Shown here piece after piece: positions 26,240-39,244 of a stretch of DNA of 64,000 bases. Positions within the stretch are counted from its first letter, which is position 1. The number at the start of each line of letters is the position of its first letter. The position numbers and the translations under genes are program-made. This DNA is from Octopus vulgaris (Eukaryota). Under the pieces are notes generated by a model. That model was not told where the DNA came from and did no database searches. It saw nothing but the letters and a program-made list of their open reading frames with translations. The stretch covers positions 221,898,001 through 221,962,000 of the forward strand of contig OX597814.1 of assembly GCA_951406725.2 (NCBI GenBank). Direction: 5' to 3'.

Positions 26240-27856
26240 ATATACATATATATATATATATACACGGTTCCATACATACGGATATATACAAAGATACAAA
26301 GGTACAAAAACAGATAAGATAGTAAATGATTTAGTTTCCTTATTTTGGTCGAATGCGCCAAAGAAATAGATGTGAAAACATAAAAGTTTACATGGTACAG
26401 TTTCAATTCAAGTTTCGCCAACAACTTTATTGGTTTTCCAGTCAAAATAAGTCTTGCCTGTGTTTTGAAGAATATTTTGCCTATGATTTCATTAGCATTC
26501 ATTTTCTCGTAAAAAAATTGTACAGTACTATATGAGGGAAGTATACCTATTATCATTAGCAGGATGATTGTAGGGTGGTTGCAAGAACCCTTACACTGAT
26601 ATTTCGTAATACCTCTTTAGTTCTCAGTTCATATCCACCAATGTCAAAACCAGTGTAATATTGGGTACAGTGCATAGAAACAATCGCACTAGGACAACGT
26701 ACTGAGGTAATGTATTCGCATGTGGGAGGACACCAGAGCTAAAACAGACTACCATGTAATTCTTTCAAAACAAGTCTATAAAACAACTAATAATTGGAAT
26801 CGCGTGAAAATCTGATACAAGAAAAAGAAAAAAATTTCGAGCGTGTTATATTCGCTGAAAATGTTTCCATGGAAATTCAATATTTTAATTTTTTTTATTT
26901 TATATTTTCGAAGAAGTAAAATTTGTGCAGTACAGACAAAGATTGTAGCCCCGTACGCATACTCAGCATAAGTAACGAAAATAACAATGTTACAAATAAA
27001 TTTGTATCTGTCAGATAAGTTATTACTGTAGAAATACGCATTGATTCGAATATTTAATTGCTCACTGACTTCACCTTTAATAGTTCGAATTCACTTCATC
27101 TTACTACAAAAACAACAGATGTGTGTGAGATATGATTTATATCGAAATATAATTTATGACTTTCTATCAAAGAAATAGAGGAGCTTCGAAACTGTGGTAA
27201 AGCAGTCATCGCGATAGGCGTTCGATTTCTTAAAAGAACATTTCAAAACAGTGTCATTCTTTTGCAGACTTCAGGTTGTTTTACTAAAAACTATTTAAAT
27301 GCAAAACCGTTGCCAGTGGACCAGTGATCAAGGAACGTGTCGTAACTTTTTGACGTGTTATCTACACAACTCGAAAGCTACAGTTAGCTTATATATTATA
27401 TACACAGGACCTTCCTTGGGAAGAATCTTAATAAAGCAGACCAAGACAAAACAACACCTTATACATATCGCCCTATAGTTTTATCACACATGAAGTTGTA
27501 TGCTTGTGGTCTTACGTGTTGTATAAAACTATGTACTCGAAAGTAACATCGAACATGTTCTCACAGGCGTTAAAAAATAACTTTATGCTAATCTTGTGTC
27601 AAAATCAATAATTATTTTAAATTCAGTAAAATTAATGCACAGCTTGTCTGCAATTTTGGTAGGTGATGCTTGTTATAAAATTATCACATTTTAGCTTGTT
27701 AAGCAGGTCAGACTCAAAAAGTTCAGGTGCTTTATTTCATAATATCATTGCCGAACTTGTTTTCTGTGGATGCATCCGCATTCTCTTTCTAGAGAAACAA
27801 GAATTTCAACCTCATGTTTAGATCAAGTATTTAGTATTTCCAATAAGACATTTAAC

Positions 27857-27924
<68 letters not shown>

Positions 27925-29622
27925 CGTCTTGCGTCTTGGTGAGGGGGGGTTATTACGCCAGTAATAAAGATAATACACGCACTGGTTCAGTACCACTTCT
28001 TTACTTTTAGTCAATTGATTGAGTATCTAAACAACTAACTAATCGATCGTTTTTTATAATTAGCTGGTTAAACAATCAACCGGTTGTTTATAAATCGAAG
28101 TCCTTTCCTCGCTATTCGTGACCTCCTTAATGACTTGGTTTCTCTCTTGAAGGTCTCCCTTGAGTCTGTATGACAAGTGATATTATGTATTCCTGTATAT
28201 ATAGAGATGTGTGTATGCTTAGAAGAGAAAGTATGGGTAAGAGTGGACGAAGAGTTCGTGGAGACAATGTGTAAGAGTCACTGTAGGCGAGTGGTCGTGC
28301 GCGTAATCGTGCGTGTATATTTGGTTGTGTGCGTATACCCGCATGACAGTAACTGTGTTTGTGATTTGTATGTGTGACTGTGCATTAGCCATCCATGATC
28401 CATTAGAAGTTCGGCCATTTGTTTAAGGCCAGTTCAATCCCAGATCTGATGGAACGTGCGCACCTAACTGGATGTGTATGGATATTATACATGTATTTAT
28501 TAATAAGTTTCCATGCACTCTGCGGTCAGCAGGGTACAGTAAAGTCCATAGAAATATATACATTTTTGTGCCTTCAGTAGAAAGGATTATCATGCGAACA
28601 GCGTCAGTATTATTTGTAGTTGTTGAATTTTCATGCCTGTCTCCAGAACGTGCCGTATTTCTGCTCTGTATCTACACGAATGTTAGTTATATGGTAGTGG
28701 CTAACGACCATTTTTGGTCAGTGATACAAACGCACAGCTAGATAATGTTTTAAAGAGCAATATATAATGACAAAAAATGGGATGCACCTTCTTTGAAAGC
28801 TGCTTTTCCTTGTAGTTCCTAGACAGAACAATAAAATAGAAGAGTGTCAGCAGGCTGGAAACGAAAAATAAAACAAAGGAACTAGAAACTGAAGCGCGAT
28901 GATAATAGAGATACTTGATATATTATTATAAAGAAAATACATTATTAATTGTTTTTTCTTAAGATCAGAGATCGAAACAAAAAAAAAATCACTGAGCAGT
29001 ATTCGAGAATGGCATACTGTTGAAAGAAAGTTATTGTTATTTCTTTATAATCCTTCGTAGAGGCTCGGGTATCTAATCATCTCATAAGGCTCGATTCCTG
29101 ATTATATCTCATTCTATTCTTTTACGTCGCTAATTCTTCTACGAAACGATAAAAATGTTGTCATAGTATCTCTACCTTCTGAAATCAAATGAAATGATCA
29201 GGTATTATTGAAGTTCTCTAACAACAGCAAAGAACGAACGCCTTGTGAAATATTATATTTATAATGACAGGCCATTTAAACTCTTTCAGTAGACAAGCGG
29301 TTTTGATTTGTAGTCTGCAGTAGTACGTAACATGTTAAACGTTGCCTTGGTGCTTGCGTGTATGTAGGGGTGCGTGCATGTGTGTAGGGGCGCGTGCATG
29401 TGTGTATGTGCGTGCATACGTGTGTGTGCGTGTTTGTGTACTCACGCGTGTGTGTGCGGATGCATTGTTTCTCTCACTATCTCTCTCTCTCGCTTTCATT
29501 GTTTCTCTGTTCAGTTTGCTTCCGATGATTCATTGAAAGTCTGTTCACGATTTCTCTGTCCACGAACACAAACACAATCACACACACGCACGCACACTCA
29601 TACATACATATATACATACATA

Positions 29623-29696
<74 letters not shown>

Positions 29697-29705
29697 GGGG
29701 GGGGG

Positions 29706-30067
29706 GGTAAAAAGCTTGTTTCACAAGCACATGGTTCCGGGTTCGGATCCACTTCATGGCACCTTGGGTAAGTGTCTTCTACTATAGTTTCGGGCCGACC
29801 AAACCTTTGTGAGTGGATTTGGTAGACAGAAACTGAAAGAAGCCCGTCGTAAATATATATGTATGCATGTATTTGTGTCTGTGTTTGTCCCTCCCGCCAT
29901 TGCATGACAACCGATGCTAGTCTGTTTATGTCCCCGTAACATCGGATTGGCGAAAAAGGCAAATAGAATAAATACTAGGCTTACAAAGAATTAGTTTGTT
30001 CGACTAAAACTCCGTAAGGTAGTGCTCCAGCATGGCTGCAGTTAGGTGAGTGAAACAAATAAAAGAA
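29706..30067 (+). mobile_element. SINE family A
   Basis: GGTTCCGGGTTCGG B-box region, GGCACCTTGGG core, TGAAACAAATAAAAGA tail. Confidence 0.88.
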
Positions 30068-30407
30068 TATATATATATATATATATATCACGATAATATA
30101 TATTCTTCCATTTGAAGCGACAATTTTTATATACAAACAAATGACCGAAAAATGATGAGCTAATTAATCCTATCCAGAATCAAACCACAAATCAACGCTT
30201 ACAGGGCTCCTTGCTCATCCCATTGGGACAAACGTTCACCCATCAATTCCAGTCATATTTAATGAATATATACTTAAACTGTCTAATACTACATAATATA
30301 TTTGGAAGTAAAAACCATAAAGGCTTTGTAAGTTACGGAGTGTAAGCTACTCACACACACATACATATATTTCACTTTGGCATTGCGGGACTGATAACTC
30401 AGTGTAT

Positions 30408-30487
30408 GCCTCCGATGAAGCTATAAGGTGTCACTCAAGTACTCAACTATAAGTTTACTTCATCTCATAACAGAAACAGATGTGAGC
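30408..30487 (+). ncRNA. Decayed hammerhead motif
   Basis: CCGATGA core, long imperfect stem II (GCTATAAGGTG/CATCTCATAAC), GAA-ACAGATGT-G; non-cleavable GUG triplet. Confidence 0.5.
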
Positions 30488-30552
30488 TAATGAAGTTCAT
30501 ATAATAATCATTTATTCTTTTGTCATCTTATTTTCTTTTATATGCATACATA

Positions 30553-30693
30553 GGCGCAGGAGTGGTTGTGTGTAAGAAGCTTGCTTCTCAAACACCTGAT
30601 TCCGGATTCAGTCCCACTGCGTCCCACTTCGGCAAGTGTCTTCTACTATAGCCTCGTGTCGACCAAAGCTTTGTAAGTGGATTTGGTAGACGC
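30553..30693 (+). mobile_element. SINE family A, 5' half
   Basis: GGCGCAGGAGTGGTTGTGTG head through GGATTTGGTAGAC. Confidence 0.85.
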
Positions 30694-30985
30694 AGGTGAG
30701 CCCCTAGTGAGGATTGCCCCACAACCATCCTATGGCCGGGAGTGGCACGCAGTTTTTATTTGTCTGGTTGTTGAGGTAGTATGGTGGACACATCTGAAAG
30801 GGCTAAAGTTAGACACTTTCTTCTTTGGCCAGGCCCTCATCAACTTTTTCAAGTTTCACTTGAAAAGGAAGTTGAGGGTGGAGAAAGAAGTGTTGCTTTG
30901 TAGTAAGTTTGTTGAAAGGTGGGTATATGTTGGAAGAATGGCCAATTCTGAGTGTACATTTGTAAAAAAGGGAATTAAAGGAGAA
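30694..30985 (+). mobile_element. L1/Tx1-like LINE ORF2 C-terminal fragment
   Basis: HLKRKLRVEKEVL..SKFVERW is homologous to NLKRKIRVERDVL..SQFAERW at 40670-40750. Confidence 0.6.
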
Positions 30986-30986
30986 A

Positions 30987-31163
30987 GGCGGTGATTTGGC
31001 AGAAGCATTACCGCGCCAAACTAGATGCTTAACGTCATATTTTCCATCTTTAGGTGCTGAGCTCAAATTCCGCCGAGACCGAATTTGCCTTTCATTCTTT
31101 CGGGGTCGATAAAACAAATACCACTCGATGTAATCGACTTCCTTCTCTCCACTACGAAATTTC
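30987..31163 (+). mobile_element. SINE family C, near full length
   Basis: Head GGCGGTGATTTGGCAGAAG, GAGCTCAAATTCCGCCGAG and TTCGGGGTCGATAAA. Confidence 0.8.
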
Positions 31164-32347
31164 ATGTGAGTGAGTAAGACAAAACAGAGGAATATACTAT
31201 CTTGAAAGCTGGATGCGTTAGGTTAGAAGACGCTGATAGTCGTTTAAAATGGATGAAAAGAACACGAAAAGAATGGAACACCAATAAAAGAATGTATTTC
31301 CTATGCAGTCTATCATTGAGAAAACACTTTCTACAAGAAATATCTCAATATGATATAATGGATTTTGTTTCATATCATTGCATTGAAGGTGAGTGATACG
31401 CTAGCAAGTTAACGATATGTTGCCATTTACCGCATTGCATTTTATTTTCCCCTCATTTTATAAGAAAAGTAGACATTGAATGGAGCTATAGTTATAGACC
31501 TAACAGTATATATTAAGATTAACGAAAACGTAAGTTCTGGTTTAACCAATAGCTTACACGGGTAAAACAGAATTATTTTACTTACCAGCGAATGAAAAAC
31601 TGAATCAAAAATAGCAATATATCTGATGTTATCTTCTAATTGGAAGTAATGTTTGACCAAATAGCCATTGTGAGATTCGGAAATGAAACCGAAAATGAAA
31701 TATTCTCTACATATGTGATCAGTATTTGATTGTAATTTTTACTATTTACTAATACAACTACCGATATCATCAATACATTGCACATTGTCACGTTCACTAT
31801 ATATGTGAATACATTTCAATTGGATTTTCATTTTCGCGAATTTAATAATGTGTAAACTGAAACTGGGAGACAGACTCGCTAAAAGGCAAAGTGACTGAAA
31901 ACAATATTAGAAATAAAACTTATTTCAGTGATTTTCGATATAGAGGTGCGATGACTTATGCCAACAAGCAATCGGGCAAGCGTAGGCAAATCAATGGCAT
32001 ATAACATTTTGAAAGCTGGATGTGCAAGGTTAAGAGACGCTGGTAGTTATATAAAATGGACGGGAAAAAATATAACTATCATGCTGTTAATATATATCTT
32101 CAAATGTTATCAAACCAGATATTTATAAAATTATTTCAGAAAAAACTTCTACACAATATTGGTTTCCCTTTTCTCTTTAAAGATATGCCTATTTTTATTA
32201 CATTTGTATGTATGTATGTATGTATGTATGTATGTATGTATGTATGTATGTATGTATGTATGTATATATGTATATATGTATATATGTTTATATATATATA
32301 GAGAGAGAGAGAAAGAGAGGGAGACGGAAAGAGATGCATGCGTGCTT

Positions 32348-32442
<95 letters not shown>

Positions 32443-33527
32443 TTGATCTCTTATCTGTAGTTCACCCGTCAGGTTTAATTCATCAAGTTCTGATTTATCA
32501 ATGTAAATTCAATGAAAATCTAAATTAATCTTTTCAGGCATTGGCAACTGTATTCTTGCTCTCTTTATTCTTCATTGAATATGAGTCATTCCACATTATG
32601 GGAGGGGGGGATGTTGCTGCAGATAGAGTCCTTGTCTGCAGAAAACTTTGCAATATATACATTTTCTTTGGAGTTGAACAAAAATCTAAAATATCAATTT
32701 CGTTCTCTGAATAGATTTAAAATGAATATTACGTAAGGTCCATTCTTTCTTTTATTACAGTCTTTACCGATTGCAGCCAAGAACTGAAAACAAACATTAG
32801 GTATAGAACAGATAACCTTGAAGACAATGTGGCGCATATTTAGCGAGATTTTAAGATGATTGTTTGCGAACACTAAGTCAGACATTTCTTCGAAGTCTTT
32901 GACAGAGAAATTAACATTTTATTGTTTCCCTCTCAATCACTCAACATCTTGTATTTTCCTTTCTCTCTTTCGTTCTTTGCTGGTTTGTTTATTTGACACA
33001 ATCAGCATCTAAAACAGGCTGAACAGAAAGTGACATATTTGTTTTATTTTTCTCAGCCATACCGGGTCTTTTCGCTTTTACTATTTTATTTATATTGTTT
33101 TTTTTTCTTTCGCTTCTAAATTTTGATTTGGTAAACTGAAAATACTGAGATTTCATTATATTTGCCAGCGATATACCATGGAAACGGTGTTGGTGCACTA
33201 AGACAACTTCAGGCAAAAGTTCGATACTCCAACAACTCAGCGTTTCACAGCTTCTAAAACCTCGAGTCTTTGAATTTCAAACATGACTCACACGCATTAA
33301 CACTAATATTGATCATATCACGAATAATCCCCTACGCACACAGTCAAACAGCCTATTTGAATTGGCAGCCAAATCTATTTCAAAGCACATCCTACTTTAT
33401 CTAAAAGAAAAATTGGAGGAGACATTCGAAACTATGCTTCTAAATGTACAAAAGCTGAAAGACACAGGATGGTCATATGTGAGACGGACTTTGGTCATCG
33501 ATTGAGTCTGACTTGGCTTAAATAACA

Positions 33528-33882
33528 GTGGTGGAAGCACTCCGTCGGTTACGACGATGAGGGTTCCGGCTGATCCGAATTAACGGAACAGCCTGCTCGT
33601 GAAATTAACGTGTAAGTGGCTGGGTACTCCACAGACACGTGCACCCTTAACGTAGTTCTCGGGGATAATCAGCATGACACAGAGAGTGACAAGGCCGGCC
33701 CCTTGAAATACAGGTACAACAGAAACAGGAAGTAAGAGTATCACCACCATCCCCTACCGGAGCCTCATGGAGCTTTTAGGTGTTTTCGCTCAATAAACAC
33801 TCACAACGCCCGGTCTGGGAATCGAAACCGCGATCTTATGACCGCGAGTCCGCTGCCCTAACCACTGGGCCATTGCGCCTCC
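33528..33882 (-). mobile_element. tRNA-derived SINE family B with TSD
   Basis: A and B boxes on the minus strand; TSD GCTTAAATAACA (33516) / GCTTAAGTAACA (33883). Confidence 0.92.
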
Positions 33883-34498
33883 GCTTAAGTAACAACGACG
33901 ACGACGACGACTGCAACAACAACACCTAATATCATGATGTACAACAAAAAGGAAACCAAATAAATTCATCTACGAGCAAAAATAAATGAAGTTAGCTCTG
34001 TAAACTTAATGATATTCCAATAGATAAAAAGTGATAATTTGTTTACAATTACGTTCGCTACATTCCTGAGAAAATAAAATTATCTTCTGAATGGGATCAA
34101 ATTATCTGAGAGTTACATAGAAGAGAAACCCACAGAAATTAAAATAAATTAAAAATTGCTATTACCATGGTCAGTAGAGATTTGATTACTCAGTGGATAG
34201 TTCACAGATAATTCAGTTTAATTTATTGGTTCCATATGGTTAATTTCCGCTCAGAGAAAAAAGGTTGTGAAACAGAATGTAATCGAGTAAGACATTTCAA
34301 ATGATACTTATTGCTTGTGCGTGATGAACTTTCGCAAAAGAGGCAATGCGAACACTAGCGATCACTTAGAGACATATCATTATCTCGTTGCACTCTCCGT
34401 GAACATAAGATAATTTGAAATACTACGCTGCAATAAAAAATCATTTCCTAATAACAGAGCGAACTTGCTTTTATTTATTTATCTATTTATTTATTTAG

Positions 34499-34533
<35 letters not shown>

Positions 34534-34774
34534 TTTTTCAGTGGTGAAGTGTAGTTAAACACAGCATCTGTTTGCATCTAAGTAGGTGTCTAGACCGTAA
34601 TGAAGAATTTGATTTAACGAGAATTTCTGCTGCTCGTTTCAATACGAGATCAGAGTATCTTGGTTGGAAGCGCTGCGCTGTGCCAATAACCATTTTTTAA
34701 CTGCTGATGACTCAGTTCACCTAGCTGATTAAAACAAATAATTAAAATCATCTCTCCCTAGAGTATAATATTTT

Positions 34775-35145
34775 CTTTTATTCTTTTACTTCTTTCAGTC
34801 ATTTGACTGCAGCCATACTGGAGCAACGCCTTGAAGGGTTTTGGTTGAACAAATCGGACCCAAAACTTCATTTTATTTTCTAAGCCTAGTACTTATTCTA
34901 TCGGTTCTTTTACCGAACCGCTAATTTACGAGAACGTAAACACACCAACACCAGTTGTCAAGCGGTGATGGGATGGACAAATGCAGACACAAAAACACAC
35001 AAAGATACACATACACACACACACACATACATACATACATACATACATACATACATACATACATACATACATACAACGGGCTGCTTTCAGTTTCCACCTA
35101 CGAAATCCACTCACAAGACCTTTGGTCAATCCGACGCTATAGTAG
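34775..35145 (-). mobile_element. SINE family A, 3' part with expanded internal (CATA)n
   Basis: Matches the family A consensus. Confidence 0.85.
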
Positions 35146-35256
35146 TATATAAAACATTGTTTTATTATGTTTTCAAAAATCCCCACCATTATCGCAGAGT
35201 CGAAGCAATTTGTTTATTATTAAGTACTTTACAAAAATGTGGGGGGTCAAGATAAA

Positions 35257-35392
35257 ATATTCCTTTCTACTAAAGGCACAAGGCTTGAGATTTCGGGGGA
35301 GGGGCTAGGTCGATTACATTGATCCCTAGTACTAATTTGGTACTCGATTTCTCGATCCCGCAAGGGTGAAAGCCGGTGTCGACCTCAGCGGG
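35257..35392 (-). mobile_element. SINE family C fragment
   Basis: ATTCCTTTCTACTAAAGGCACAAGG shared with 53419-53568. Confidence 0.65.
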
Positions 35393-36619
35393 TGGTCAAG
35401 ATAAACTATTAAGACTGTAATGTTAACTAAAAGTGTCCGCCCAGCTGAGTTTTTTTACAGAAGCATAACACAAAGATTTATTCAAAATTTAACCATTCAT
35501 ACAATATCTGATGCTTAAGTATGTGAAATATTTATAATTAGTGTATTAGTAAGGTTTCTTTTTTCAATTGCTCTTATTGTTGTTAACGTTATCATTCATG
35601 TTACTATTATGCTAATCAAATATATTAATTACGTTGACTAGACAGAAAAAAACTAATGACAATGTTTTAAATACACTACTCAAAAGCTGACGTAAAGAGA
35701 TTATATTTACCACAAATTGTATCGCAGATATCTTCTTTTTATATTTCATTCGAAAATCTTGTAGTAGCTTTATTTTCTAGAATGAATGAGTTGCTTAAAT
35801 ATACATATGAAATAGAAACATTCCTCGGGCATCTAATTTAATCGCGTTCATTGTTGAAATGAATGGTCATAGAAATATCCATGTTTTATAAGCGTGTTTA
35901 AAGTTAATGTGTGTGGTTAATATTAACAATTATATTTAATGCTAATAAAAATCTGAAAGGTTATAAATGCTGTGCTGAAAATGCCCTGATAATACTTACA
36001 GGTTCTTGCATAACTTTTTAAATTGAATATTTCTCTATCTATCCTTAGAGGGAATTTTAAATATACTTATACATACAGTGGGATATTACTCCAGTTTTAT
36101 GCCAATTGCAAATGAGACGATAAGCATATCATATTATAGTCATTTAGTTTAATAAATTATTGTCTTTTGGGTCATGGAGAATATTAGAATTTGTTATTGT
36201 TATCTAGAGTTTTGTCTATATTTTAAACTTCCATAGTATTTTATGCTGTCATTTTAAAGAAGGATGTTCTTCTTGGGTAGATGAAACTGTGTGCTTACAC
36301 ATATAGAACAGTATATTTTCCGCAGTTAAAGTGAAACAACTTCATACAATGAGTTAGGCTGTCCCAGGAAATATCATATGGTCGACATGTGACATGAATG
36401 TTGAAGGCCTTTTAAACATACTTTTCTTTATATCAGGTGAGAGTTGCATGCTCTTCTATCAAAGTAACAAAATATTAGAAATTGCTTTAGACATCGAACG
36501 GTTAAATTTTGAAACTGAAGCAGTAGCAAAAACAGACATAGAAAGAGCATAGAGCTGGAATGTCATCATGAAGCAAAATGGTGCACTTCATATAAGAAGC
36601 ATTTACCTGAAATTCATTC

Positions 36620-36651
36620 TACACACACACACACGCACACACACACACACG

Positions 36652-36683
<32 letters not shown>

Positions 36684-36700
36684 CACACACACACGCACAC

Positions 36701-36741
<41 letters not shown>

Positions 36742-36797
36742 CACACGCACACACACACACACGCACACACACACACATACACACACACATACACACA
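36620..36797. repeat. (CA)n microsatellite
   Basis: Dinucleotide tract with CG interruptions. Confidence 0.95.
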
Positions 36798-36809
36798 TTT
36801 ACGTATGTA

Positions 36810-38044
36810 CAGGGGTTGGACAAAATAATGGAAACACCTAGCATCATAGCAGCATAATTTTGAAATATCTATAAAGCCGCCAAAAACTTATTTTTATGTT
36901 TTTTGATATATTATTAGTGTTGCCTAACATATTTTGCTAAAATTGCCGTTTCTTTTCAGACATCATCAGAAAAAAGGTAATTAAAATTCATTAAAATGAT
37001 AGATCTATCGAACTTTCAAAGCAGTCAAATTGTTGGTGCTACAGTAATGAAAACGGCCGAAATGTTTTGTGTATCAAGGAGTACTGTCCCGAAAGTAATG
37101 ACAGCCTGTGAGAAAGAAGTAAAAGCCTTCTCGTCGAAAACCAAAGAAAACCAAAGCTTTCAGATAGGGACTGTCGGAATCTTACGCGAATTGTTAGAAT
37201 GGATCACAAAAGTACAGCTTTCCAAATTACTGTAGAGTTTTATGACAACCTCGAGAAACCAGTTTTCACAAAATCTCTTGGCCGGGAGCTGCACCAAACC
37301 GGATTTCACGGGGCTGCAATCAGATAAAAGCTATTTTCAAAAACAAACGTTGCAAAGCGTTTGAGTGGAGTAAAAACCTACAGAATTGGTCCCTAGAGCA
37401 GTGGGAGAATGTTGTTTTCTCGGATGAGTCATCCTTAACCTTATATCCGATCAACAGCCGAGTATATGTGTGGAGACAGCCAAAAGAAGCATTTAACCCA
37501 CACTGCCTTCTTCCAACTGTTAAACATGGAGGAGGATCTGTGATGATCGGGGGTGGGGGGGCTATATCTTGGAAATCCGCCAGCCCAATGGCTTTCCTTC
37601 ATTGCAGAATTAATAGTCAAGATTATTTAAGCATTTTATCTAATCAAATTCATCCTATGATTGCGGAACTGTTTCCGGAGGGAAACGCAATCTTTCAGGA
37701 TGATAATGCACCAATTCACACAGCCAAAGTTGTTACTGAATGGCACGAGAAACATTCTAGTAAAGTTGAACATCATATCTGGCCACCACAGTCCCCAGAT
37801 ATCAATATTATTGAAAATTTATGGTGTATTTTAGAAAAACAAGTAAGGAGTCGATATCCACCACCCTCATCACTACAAGAACTGGAGACTGTTTGAGCTA
37901 AAGAATGGACAAAAATTCCTTTGGAAACAATTCAAACAATTCATAACTCGTAGACTTCAAGCTGTAATTACTGCCAGAGGCGATCCTACGCCATATTGAA
38001 ATGATTTGTTTGAAAGGTGTTTCCATTATTTTGTTCAACCTCTG
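36810..38044 (+). mobile_element. Tc1-family (DD34E) DNA transposon, both ends present, frameshifted transposase
   Basis: 30-bp TIRs CAGGGGTTGGACAAAATAATGGAAACACCT (2 mismatches), TA on both flanks; FSDES, VKHGGGSVM, FQDDNAPIH and WPPQSPDINIIENLW motifs. Confidence 0.95.
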
Positions 38045-38529
38045 TATGTTAATATATTACAATAGAAAAAAAAAACACACTTCAGAGCACTAATATATCT
38101 TATCCAAGGAGATATATAGTATATAACAGCAATATCAAGTGGACGTTAGGTGCTTTGTATTATGACCAATGCCATTCCCGCAAAAATATGCTTACGGGTA
38201 GGTTTCAGTGCATTCGTCTTGAAACGAACTTGGGGAAACCTGGCGGAGTCGTGGAGTGCGTTTGAATAAATTTGGCTGGAGTATTTTCATCTTTCTGCGG
38301 ATATGTAACCTGGTTTCTGGATAATCTTTCTTTCATGATGATACGTTGCTTCAATTATAGTATTTGTATACTCATATATTCTGTGTTTATTAATCGATAT
38401 TCTATTTTATATGTTCACTATATAACGCTCATACCTATACTACTTTTATGTATCTCTGTTTAATACATCCACACACATTCTATTCTATTGTACATATGAG
38501 TCTTTAGAGACAAGTGATGATAGCATTTA

Positions 38530-38692
38530 GCGGAATCATTAGCGTTTCAGAGAAAATGTTTAGCGGCATTTCTGACTCGGCTCTTTACAATTTTGTCAAA
38601 TTCCTTCGATGTCAGCTTTGATTTTTCACCTTTCTGGGTCCACAAAATAAGTACCAGTGAGCATTGGAGTCGAGGTGACCGACTAACTCCCT
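38530..38692 (+). mobile_element. SINE family C, diverged
   Basis: GAATCATTAGC..AAAATGTTTAGCGGCATTTC..AAATAAGTACCAGT. Confidence 0.6.
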
Positions 38693-39240
38693 TTGAGTGT
38701 TTCTCCGTTTCTTTTAGAGATACATTGTTATCTGTTGATATTGATAAATCGATTAGAAGGTATTTTTCTTGATGATCTCTGACAACTCTCTCCGGTCAAT
38801 TAACCTTTATTTCTCAATCTGTGTGTATTGGTATAACTCAGGGTATGGTTGCTTGTTCCTTTTCTGAGACCTTTTCTTGGGTGTGCCTATATCACCTTTT
38901 CTCTGCTGTCATTCTATAGTATTGGCATAGATTTCAGTATATATAGGTCCCAAACCTCTCATGTCTGTGAATATATTCCTACTTAGTCAGGAATAGGTAG
39001 CCAGAGACAATATGATCTATTATTTCTTCTCCATCACCACATATTCTACAGTTTCTTGTATTTTCTTTTCTTTTTCATTATGAGTTTTGATGATTTCTGG
39101 TGGGAACGCTTTGATCTTGTGATGTAATTAAAACTCCTTCCGGCTCTGCTTCGAGTCCTGAGCTTCTTGACCATCGTTGGGTTTTTATTTTGTCCATTTC
39201 TTTTCTGTTTAGTTTAATCCAATATTTGCCATGTAAGGGC
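38693..39240 (-). mobile_element. Second R4/Dong-type LINE fragment
   Basis: NCRICGDGEEIIDHIVSG..EYIHRHER..YRHTQEK (CCHC and pre-RLE region). Confidence 0.8.
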
Positions 39241-39244
39241 TAAA

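Noticed and set aside
27919-28460. Possible solo LTR (starts TGTT after (TA)n, contains AATAAA)
   Set aside because: No identifiable CA end, TSD or second copy in the window
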